From the NCBI GenBank assembly GCA_039589315.1, contig JBDHHQ010000123.1, positions 1 to 11,514 of the forward strand: a DNA stretch of 11,514 bases, written 5' to 3'. Numbering within the stretch: position 1 is the first letter of the stretch; each line of letters opens with the position of its first letter. The notes under the pieces were generated by a model. That model was given only the letters and a program-made list of their open reading frames with translations. It was not told the DNA's origin and ran no database searches. The position numbers and the translations under genes were made by a program. This document shows, in pieces, positions 1-6,347 of this stretch. This DNA comes from Gemmatimonadota bacterium (lineage in GTDB: Bacteria > Gemmatimonadota > Gemmatimonadetes > Longimicrobiales > Gaopeijiaceae).

Positions 1-773
1 GCGCCCTTCAGGATCTCGACCCGTTCCACCGCCTCCCAGTTGATGTCATCCAGACGCGACGTGGTGGCCCCGAAGCGCCCGTTGTAGCCCATGTTGCCCG
101 AGTTGTCCACGCGCATGCCGTCGACGTAGACGACCGGCTCGTTGGACATGGACAGGCTGTTGCTGCCCCGGATGCGCAAACGCGTGCCAGACCCGGTGGC
201 CCCGTCCGACGTGAGCCCCACAACCGACGGCTCGCGGGCCTGGATCAGCTCCGACAGGGTCGTGATCGGCGCGGTCTCCAGCTCGGCCGCATCGACCGTC
301 GCGATGGTGTTGCCGAGCTGTTTCTTCTGGAACGCCCCGGCGGTCCCCGTGACCACGATCTCGTCCAGGTCGAAGACCGTGGGCGGCAGCTCGAAGGCGG
401 CATCGGCCGTGCCGCCCGGGGTGACCTGGACCGTGATCGTGCGGGCGGAGTGGCCGAGGTGGTCGGCGCGAACCTCTGCTGAACCCGGTGGCACGTCCTG
501 CAGGACGAACGCGCCCCCGCGGTCCGTGATCGCTCCGATGAGGGCGGCCGGCGCAGCCCCGTCGATCCGGAACACCTGGACCTCGGCGCTGGTCAGGGGG
601 CGGGAGCTCCCGGCCTCGAACACGACGCCTCGGACAGTCCCGGTTTGCTGGGCCTTTAACGGCGCCGCGAACGAGGCCAGGAGAATGCCGGCGAGTAATC
701 CCGTCAGCAAGGTGAGTGGTTTGGTCAGGGAGTGGGTTCGCGGGGCCCTCGGCCCCAAGCTCCTTTGGCGCAT
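1..773 (-). CDS. susC: SusC/RagA-family TonB-dependent outer-membrane transporter, second paralog (5' part only; continues beyond the left edge)
   Basis: Absent from the ORF track because it has no stop in the window. Manual translation from ATG 773: MRQRSLGPRAPRTHSLTKPLTLLTGLLAGILLASFAAPLKA|QQTGTVRGVVFEAGSSRPL...FDLDEIVVTGTAGAFQKKQLGNTIATVD...RLRIRGSNSLSMSNEPVVYVDGMRVDNSG...SRLDDINWEAVERVEILKG. This shows a signal peptide, a CarboxypepD_reg-like N-domain, a TonB-box region and a plug. SD GAGGT (785-781) lies 7 nt upstream. Colinear with the 5573..2202 gene at offset 4797. Confidence 0.93.
   Translation of the reverse strand, partial: MRQRSLGPRAPRTHSLTKPLTLLTGLLAGILLASFAAPLKAQQTGTVRGVVFEAGSSRPLTSAEVQVFRIDGAAPAALIGAITDRGGAFVLQDVPPGSAEVRADHLGHSARTITVQVTPGGTADAAFELPPTVFDLDEIVVTGTAGAFQKKQLGNTIATVDAAELETAPITTLSELIQAREPSVVGLTSDGATGSGTRLRIRGSNSLSMSNEPVVYVDGMRVDNSGNMGYNGRFGATTSRLDDINWEAVERVEILKG
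594..683. repeat. Near-perfect 90-bp direct repeat, copy 1 (copy 2 at 5391-5480), inside the two susC paralogs
   Basis: Base-by-base comparison gives 89/90 identical. The single difference is 659 A versus 5456 G, which is silent (Leu). Confidence 0.93.
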
Positions 774-846
774 GGCGTACACCTCAACGGGACCGGCGCG
801 GGGGCATGGCTGAATGATCAGCGTGACGCCTTCTCTCAACGCATCG

Positions 847-2178
847 CTAGCAGGGCACATTGGGGTTCAGGTGGCAGTTGGCGTCTACTTCGTCCGAAGA
901 AATCGGGAAGAGGGTCCCCGGCGCCAGGGACGCCACTGAGCTCGGCAGCCAGGTGTTGGACGTGATGCCGAAGCGGTACATGTCGGTGAGGCGCCGGCCC
1001 GATAGGAAGAGCTGACTCTGCCGCTCGTAGATCAAGAGGTCCCTGGCCGAAACGCCGGACTCGGGGGTCCAGGGCGTCAGTGACCCCCATTCCCGGACGC
1101 GGTTGACGTGCTCGGCGAACATATCCATATCGCCACGCGCCAACGCGTCCTCCGCAACGATCAAGTGCATCTCGCGGGCGCTGGTAACCGTGAGATCGCC
1201 GCCGTCGCAGTTCCCCGTCGCATTCGCCTGAATGGCGAAGACGAACTCTTCGAGCCACGGGTCCGGGACGCCGTCGAGCGGATCCAGGAGAATCACCTCT
1301 GCCCCCTGGAGGTTGTCGAGCGTCGGCCGGACGTACCGGTCGCCGAACCGCATGTTGGGAAAGCAGTTGAGCACTCCGGACGTCGCGGAGACCACCTCCC
1401 CGGGGGCAAACTCGAAGATCCAGCGCCAGTCCCGCGCATCGTCGGCCAACACTGCCAGCGCATCCTGCACCGCAGCGGCGCTCGACACGAGCCCGCCACC
1501 GGAGAGGTCGGCTGGCGGCGGAAACACCCGGTCTCGTACCTCGCGGGAGTGCTGAATTCGGGCCCGAAGCGCAAGCAGGTTCCGGGGCACCTCGCCCTCT
1601 GACTCGATGGCGAGGCCACGAGTCGCGTAGGCGACGGCGGTGTCGTAGAGCGCCGCCATGTTCTCGGGCCCGATCGCGGGGCCGGGGTCGGTCCGGTCGG
1701 ACGGAGCGTAGTCCTCCAGGCCATCGGCGATGGCGGTGTAGGCGACGGCGCCGTACAAATAGACGCGGCCCACCGGGCTCGGGTCGCGCAGCAGCCCCTG
1801 ATCGTGGAAGCCCGTGAGCAGCTCGATCGCTTCGTCCGCCATCCACTGGGCAGACGCGATGCGCGGGAATCGCCCGGTTAGACCCGCATTGCCGGGGTCG
1901 GAGAGGTTGCCGCGGTCCAGCTCGCCCCACCATCCGTGGGGGCCCACGAACGTGGTTTCGTCGGAGGCGGCGGAGACCAATGCCAGCTCTCCGTCCCACC
2001 CTTCCATGGCCATGGTGAGCGCCCCATTTGCCCAGGCTTCGGCGCTCTCGGGGTCTCGGATGTCGTCGTCCGTGATGCTGCCGGGATTGTCGACATCCAG
2101 AAGGCCCTGGCAGCCGCCGCTCACTCCAGTGAGCGCTATGACAAGACCCGCCCTCACCGCTCTTCGCAGACCAGTCAT
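847..2178 (-). CDS. susD: SusD/RagB-family nutrient-binding outer-membrane lipoprotein (~443 aa)
   Basis: Lies directly downstream of susC. Lipoprotein-like signal MTGLRRAVRAGLVIALTGVSGG-C-QGLLDVDNPG. SusD C-terminal motifs: REMHLIVAE, HVNRVR, YERQSQLFLSGRRLTDMYRFG, LFPISSDEVDAN. Start ATG 2178 is preferred (GGAG 9 nt upstream); ATG 2184 is the alternative. The ORF-track start at 2283 overlaps susC. Confidence 0.9.
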   Translation of the reverse strand: MTGLRRAVRAGLVIALTGVSGGCQGLLDVDNPGSITDDDIRDPESAEAWANGALTMAMEGWDGELALVSAASDETTFVGPHGWWGELDRGNLSDPGNAGLTGRFPRIASAQWMADEAIELLTGFHDQGLLRDPSPVGRVYLYGAVAYTAIADGLEDYAPSDRTDPGPAIGPENMAALYDTAVAYATRGLAIESEGEVPRNLLALRARIQHSREVRDRVFPPPADLSGGGLVSSAAAVQDALAVLADDARDWRWIFEFAPGEVVSATSGVLNCFPNMRFGDRYVRPTLDNLQGAEVILLDPLDGVPDPWLEEFVFAIQANATGNCDGGDLTVTSAREMHLIVAEDALARGDMDMFAEHVNRVREWGSLTPWTPESGVSARDLLIYERQSQLFLSGRRLTDMYRFGITSNTWLPSSVASLAPGTLFPISSDEVDANCHLNPNVPC

Positions 2179-2201
2179 GGCCATGAACTCCACTCGCCGC
2201 C

Positions 2202-5200
2202 TCAAAAGCCGACTCGGACAGCGAACGAGATCCGCCGCTGGAGCGGTAGCGTGAACGTATCCGTCGCGTCGAGGAAGTTGCACTGTATGGTGCCGGAGCC
2301 GGGGCCCGCATTCCCGACGGCTTCACCACCGCCACCACAACGCTCGGCCTCGTTCGCCTCGGGATCGCTGCCACTGTAGCCGGTCCACACCGCCAGGTTC
2401 CGGGCGGTGAAGATCAGCGAGACATCGTCGAGGCCGATCTTGCCGGACCAAGGCCCGGGGAGCAGGTAGCTGACGCTGAGCTCCCGCCAGCGAACGAAGT
2501 CTCCCGTTTCGACCAGGTTGAGCCCGCTGTAGGGAGCCAGTGACAGCAGCTCGTTGGCCCAGGTCAATGCGGCGTCGACTCGGCGCGCCCCTTCCACACG
2601 CGTCGCGGGATTGAGCAGGGTACTCTCCACCTCCGCGGTCTCCCGGACGTTTCTGCCGAGACGGTTGTCCGTTCGCCGGAACGCATCCGTCAGGTTCGCC
2701 ACGACGTAGTCCCCGGCCCTGTACTCGAACAGCGTGTTGACCGACAGTCGCCCCCAGAGCGTGAGGTTGCCGCCCACGCTGCCCTGCCAATCGGGAGTAG
2801 GCTTGCCGAGGACGTGGTCGAGGCGATCGCCATCTCCGTCCTCGTCGTCGATGAGGACCCTCATTCCGGGATGGTCGAGAGGCACCCCATCCATCGAGGT
2901 CAGAAACGCTTCGAGCTCGGCCTCGGTGTCGGGAGCGCCGTCACTGTTCGAGTCGAAGGGCACCGTGCTGCCCGGCGTGTAGCACGCCCGGTCGATTCCG
3001 GCCCCGCACACGGGCAGTGGCTGGGCTCCGAAGAACGTGCCCGGCGCGTGCCCCTCGGCCAGCTGGTTCCGATGACGCGCGTAGGTACCGGACACGGTGA
3101 TGGGGGGCTCACCACCCATGTCGGTGATGATCTGGGTCAGGTACGCTGCGTTGGCGAAGAGGCTGAGGCTGACGTTCCTCGTGGTGAGGGGCACGGCGTC
3201 CAGACTCAGCTCCCATCCGCTTCCGTCGACCTGGCCGATGTTGTCCATCTGGGGCTGGGTGAATCCTCCGGCGGACGGGAACCGTCTCTGGATCAGCGCG
3301 TTCGTCGTGGTTCGGTCCCAGTACGTGACGCTCAGGGCGAGCTTGTCGTCGAGGAATCCGAGGTCACCGCCGAGCTCGAGCTCCCTGGATCGCTCGGGCG
3401 CGAGCCGGGCGTTCCCGATGTTGAAGGGAGTGATACCACCGCCCTCCGGGCTGCTGACCGGACGGTAGGTGGTGAGCTTGTCGAAGACTCCGGGCTGGAG
3501 GCCGGACTCGCCGTAGGCCGCGCGGAGGCGAAACGTGGGCAACCAGGCCACGGTCCAGCTCGGCAGGTCGCTGAGGACGGCCGACACGCTGGCTTTTGGA
3601 TAGAATGCGGCGCCGGCGTCTCGACCGAACGCGCTGTTCTTGTCGAACCGTCCGCCGAGCGTCAGGTAGAGCCAGTCCCGGAACCCGAGCTGCTCCTGGG
3701 CGAAGATGCCCAGGTTGACCTTGGACAGCACATTGTCGAACCCGAAGTTGAACTCGGCGGACTGGATCGTCTCCAGGCCTGCCGCTGGGAACGATTCGCC
3801 GACCCCCCCGTCGATCCGGGTGTCCGAGATGAAGCCTTGCGACCCCACGACCAACTCGGAAAAGAGGTCCGGACCCACGCCGGTGCTCCACCGAGCCTTC
3901 ACGTCGAGGGTGATCTCTCGGTGGCTGCGGTCGAGGAGCTCCCGTTCCCCCTGGAAGGGTCCCCGGGTCTCGATGCTGTTCACGTTCGAGCCGAAGGGTC
4001 GGCGCCATACCTGCTGTTCCTCCACCTGGTCGAGGCCCACCAGGCCGTCTATCGACACCTTGGGTGACACAGCCCAGGTGGCCGAGGCGGAGCCGGCGAA
4101 GTGCTGGGCGGATTGGGTGTACTCCCGCTGCATGCTCTCGGCGGGCGAGGTGAAGAAAGTGCCCCACGGGTTGCCGTCGCCCGTGCACACGGGGGTCGAG
4201 GCACCGAACATGCTCGTGTCGATGCTGGAGGGGAAGCAATGAGCCCGTTCGGGCTTGGCCGCCATCGCGTTGGTGGTCGCAGAGCCGATGTTGTTGTTGC
4301 GGTCGAACGTGTCGTGCCGGGCGTCGGTGAAGCGCGTATTCAGGCGGAAGGTGACGTCCTGGCCCGGGAAGAACGTGAAGCTCGAATTGGCCTGGATGCG
4401 ACGCATCTCGTCCACCGTGTTGCCCCCGAGGTCCTGTCCACCGAGGGGGCCGTCCTCGTTGGCATAGCGGCCGGAAACGTAGTACTGGAACTCGTCCGAG
4501 CCTCCGGTGACGTCGCCCGAGATGGACCCGAAGCGTCCGGTTTCGAACAGGTCGCTGACGAAGTCGCGCTCGAACACCTGGAATGGCTGGAGATCCTCCC
4601 GATATAGCTCGCTGAGGTACGCTGCGTGCTCGTCGTTTCTGGCGAACCCCGCCTGGGGCTTGATCACGCCGTCCGGGTACTGGGACGTGCCTGCCTCGAG
4701 GCGGAACGTGGTCCGAGTGCGGTTCGGGCTCCCGGTCTTGGTGAAGACCTGGATGACGCCGGAGGAGGCCTCGCTCCCGTACAGGGTGGCGGCCGCCGCT
4801 CCCTTCAGTACCTCGACCCGCTCGATGGACTCCCAGTTGATGTCGTCCAGCCTGGACCCGTTGACGCCGTGGCGCCCGTTTCCCCCCATGCCACCGGAGT
4901 TGTCCACCCGAATGCCGTCGACATAGACGACGGGCTCGTTGGACATGGACAGGCTGTTGCTGCCACGGATGCGAAGGCGCGTGCCGGAGCCGGTTGCCCC
5001 GTCCGAGGTCAGTCCGACGACCGCGGGCTCCCGCGCCTGGAGCATCTCGGACAACGACGTCAATGGCGCGTCCGCCAACTGGCTGGCGTCGACCACCGCG
5101 ATCGTGTTTCCGAGCTGCTTCTTCTGGAACGCGCCTCCAGTGCCCGTGACCACGATCTCGTCGAGGTCGAAGACCGTGGGCGGGAGCTCGAAGACGGCGT

Positions 5201-5573
5201 CGGCGGCGCTCCCTGGAGCGACCTGCACCGTGAGGGTGCGCGTGGAATGACCCAGGTAGGAGGCCCGGACCTCCACGGAACCCGGTGGGACGTCGTCGAG
5301 AACGAACGCCCCGTTTCCGTCGGTGATGGCGGCGATGGTGACGCCGCGCGGCGCTCCGTCGACCCGGGAGACCTGGACCTCGGCGCTCGCCAGGGGGCGG
5401 GAGCTCCCGGCCTCGAACACGACGCCTCGGACAGTCCCGGTTTGCTGGGCCTTTAGCGGCGCCGCGAACGAGGCCAGGAGGGCCCCGGCGAGCAACCCTG
5501 TCACCAGGGCGAGTGGTCGGTGGCCGGCGCACTTGCGCAAGGCGGCGGCTCGCGCCTGCCCCTCGTTGCCCAT
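2202..5573 (-). CDS. susC: SusC/RagA-family TonB-dependent outer-membrane transporter (~1123 aa)
   Basis: Signal peptide ending APLKA|QQ, a carboxypeptidase-regulatory-like N-domain and LDEIVVTG. Plug motifs RIRGSNS, EPVVYVDG and IERVEVLKGAAAATLYGSEASSGVIQVFTK. Barrel motifs FYPKASVS, FRLRAAYGESG, LAPERSRELELG and YSGSDPE; C-terminal Phe (FAVRVGF). ATG 5573 has SD GGAGG 8 nt upstream and is preferred over GTG 5588. Confidence 0.96.
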   Translation of the reverse strand: MGNEGQARAAALRKCAGHRPLALVTGLLAGALLASFAAPLKAQQTGTVRGVVFEAGSSRPLASAEVQVSRVDGAPRGVTIAAITDGNGAFVLDDVPPGSVEVRASYLGHSTRTLTVQVAPGSAADAVFELPPTVFDLDEIVVTGTGGAFQKKQLGNTIAVVDASQLADAPLTSLSEMLQAREPAVVGLTSDGATGSGTRLRIRGSNSLSMSNEPVVYVDGIRVDNSGGMGGNGRHGVNGSRLDDINWESIERVEVLKGAAAATLYGSEASSGVIQVFTKTGSPNRTRTTFRLEAGTSQYPDGVIKPQAGFARNDEHAAYLSELYREDLQPFQVFERDFVSDLFETGRFGSISGDVTGGSDEFQYYVSGRYANEDGPLGGQDLGGNTVDEMRRIQANSSFTFFPGQDVTFRLNTRFTDARHDTFDRNNNIGSATTNAMAAKPERAHCFPSSIDTSMFGASTPVCTGDGNPWGTFFTSPAESMQREYTQSAQHFAGSASATWAVSPKVSIDGLVGLDQVEEQQVWRRPFGSNVNSIETRGPFQGERELLDRSHREITLDVKARWSTGVGPDLFSELVVGSQGFISDTRIDGGVGESFPAAGLETIQSAEFNFGFDNVLSKVNLGIFAQEQLGFRDWLYLTLGGRFDKNSAFGRDAGAAFYPKASVSAVLSDLPSWTVAWLPTFRLRAAYGESGLQPGVFDKLTTYRPVSSPEGGGITPFNIGNARLAPERSRELELGGDLGFLDDKLALSVTYWDRTTTNALIQRRFPSAGGFTQPQMDNIGQVDGSGWELSLDAVPLTTRNVSLSLFANAAYLTQIITDMGGEPPITVSGTYARHRNQLAEGHAPGTFFGAQPLPVCGAGIDRACYTPGSTVPFDSNSDGAPDTEAELEAFLTSMDGVPLDHPGMRVLIDDEDGDGDRLDHVLGKPTPDWQGSVGGNLTLWGRLSVNTLFEYRAGDYVVANLTDAFRRTDNRLGRNVRETAEVESTLLNPATRVEGARRVDAALTWANELLSLAPYSGLNLVETGDFVRWRELSVSYLLPGPWSGKIGLDDVSLIFTARNLAVWTGYSGSDPEANEAERCGGGGEAVGNAGPGSGTIQCNFLDATDTFTLPLQRRISFAVRVGF
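5391..5480. repeat. Near-perfect 90-bp direct repeat, copy 2 (copy 1 at 594-683)
   Basis: cagggggcgggagctcccggcctcgaacacgacgcctcggacagtcccggtttgctgggccttta[g/a]cggcgccgcgaacgaggccaggag is shared with 594-683. Confidence 0.93.
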
Positions 5574-5772
5574 GGTACATCCCTCCACCGTGAGCGCCCC
5601 GGGGAAAGCGGCTCAACAACGTGCGTCGTCGCCTGCTTGGAAGGAGCCACTGCCAGAACCCACCACCGGTGACGGTGTGAGCTCACGGCCATGACTCCTC
5701 TTGGGGCGGGGGTGGCGACATCCTCACGCCAGACCCCCGGGGCTGTCCGTACCTCCAACCTGAGGTCGAACA

Positions 5773-5801
5773 CTTATCTCGGACTTATCTCAGCCTTATC
5801 T
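5773..5801 (-). promoter_or_regulatory. Three heptamer direct repeats (AGATAAG on minus, CTTATCT on plus) at an 11-bp period; candidate winged-helix (OmpR/PhoB- or SARP-type) activator site for the susCD operon
   Basis: CTTATCT occurs at 5773-5779, 5784-5790 and 5795-5801 with 4-nt spacers. It is AT-rich in a GC-rich background. On the minus strand a -10-like CAGGTT (5762-5757) follows 10 nt after the last repeat, ~185 nt before the susC ATG. Confidence 0.6.
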
Positions 5802-5992
5802 GAGCGTGAGATGGGTTGCGAAAAGCCATCTTCACCGGAATACGAGGGACTGAGGGGGGGCGAGGCCGCCGCTCCCGAGATGCAGGCGCCGAAGGTGCTG
5901 CGGGGCCTGGCCACGCCCGGTGCGTCGGAGCAACGGGCGCTGCGAAGGACATCCACGCCACAGAAGGTAGAACCAACCCCGCCCGGTAGCCG

Positions 5993-5998
5993 TAACAT
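5993..5998 (+). promoter_or_regulatory. Candidate -10 element (TAACAT) for a plus-strand transcript starting near 6005
   Basis: TANNNT match ending 6 nt before the 5' end of the predicted structured RNA. There is no sigma70 -35; GAAC at 5970-5973 and CGTA at 5991-5994 could alternatively form an ECF-type promoter. Confidence 0.3.
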
Positions 5999-6004
5999 CC
6001 AAGT

Positions 6005-6190
6005 GGACGAGCGGGTATGTTCATGACAAGAGGTCTCCTCGGCTCCCCGAAAACCGGGATCGCCGCAGGCCTCTCAGGGAACGATTCTTGCACGAACCCC
6101 TCACTTGGGCGCGGCATGCCGCGCCGGGTTGTGCAACGTTCCCGACCATGAACGTCTTATGGGGTTGAGAACCCCGTAACGGCCCGGTCC
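6005..6190 (+). ncRNA. Candidate structured ncRNA (~186 nt), possibly 6S-like
   Basis: Nested complementary segments: 6005-6008/6187-6190, 6012-6016/6182-6186, 6017-6025/6147-6155, 6029-6036/6067-6074, 6077-6083/6137-6143, 6088-6099/6126-6136 (one bulge), an 18-nt palindrome at 6108-6125 and a hairpin at 6157-6179. Non-Watson-Crick pairs in these helices are G-U on the plus strand. No credible ORF covers it. Confidence 0.45.
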
Positions 6191-6205
6191 GGCCCGACCC
6201 ACGCC

Positions 6206-6243
6206 CGGGTCAGGGTGCCGGCAGACGCCGGCGCCCTGTCCCG
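6206..6243 (+). other. Strong GC hairpin (possible terminator or processing stem 3' of the candidate RNA)
   Basis: cagggtgccggc-AGAC-gccggcgccctg (6211-6238) forms 12 bp with one G-U, extended by cggg/cccg across a T-T mismatch. No U-tract follows. Confidence 0.4.
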
Positions 6244-6297
6244 AAACGGGTCAAGGCGACTCGCACGGAGGCACACGGGCGGGGAAAGACGGAACAG

Positions 6298-6321
6298 GGA
6301 ACCTCGACGCAGTCCGGGGTC
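6298..6321 (+). promoter_or_regulatory. Candidate ECF sigma-factor promoter (GGAAC-N16-GTC)
   Basis: GGAAC at 6298-6302, a 16-nt spacer and GTC at 6319-6321. This would start transcription a few nt before the SD GGAGGT (6335-6340) of the next gene. Confidence 0.4.
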
Positions 6322-6347
6322 CCGCTCAGCTGACGGAGGTGGACCCC

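Noticed and set aside
594..5480. Diversity-generating retroelement TR/VR pair or mobile-element terminal repeats
   Set aside because: Only one silent mismatch, both copies lie in coding N-termini, and there is no reverse transcriptase, transposase or integrase in the window.
142..5694. Long alternative-frame and antisense ORFs over susC/susD (e.g. 142..813+, 836..2374-, 2814..4067+, 3364..5619-, 4626..5456+)
   Set aside because: Shadow ORFs from high GC3 codon bias. They are Arg/Pro/Gly-rich with no motifs and fully overlap well-supported genes. The similarity between 142..813 and 4939..5694 only mirrors the susC duplication.
5590..5760. Cobalamin or TPP riboswitch in the TonB-dependent transporter leader
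   Set aside because: I could not find the B12-box/GGGAA...GCCACTG arrangement or the TPP CTGAGA core on the transcribed (minus) strand. GCCACTG at ~5646-5652 is on the wrong strand.
5773..5801. CRISPR array or VNTR interpretation of the CTTATCT repeats
   Set aside because: The unit is 7 bp with 4-bp spacers and three copies, far too short for CRISPR, and no cas genes are present.
5885..6078. Glycine riboswitch-like words (GCGCCGAAGG at ~5886-5895; CTCTCAGG at 6071-6078)
   Set aside because: The two words are ~175 nt apart, the GGAGAG element and P1-P3 aptamer arrangement are missing, and no glycine-related gene follows.
5691..6117. Intergenic ORFs 5691..6026+, 5774..5998- and 5785..6117-
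   Set aside because: No recognisable domains, no convincing RBS, low-complexity composition, and they overlap regulatory-looking motifs.
6132..6158. Second ECF-like promoter TGCAAC-N15-CGTC
   Set aside because: The spacer is short for this class, and both elements are explained as paired strands of the candidate RNA.
6205..6240. SRP (4.5S) RNA or tRNA
   Set aside because: GGGTCAGG is present, but the SRP GGAA tetraloop and AGCAG motif are absent. No cloverleaf or T-arm GTTCRA in a tRNA context.
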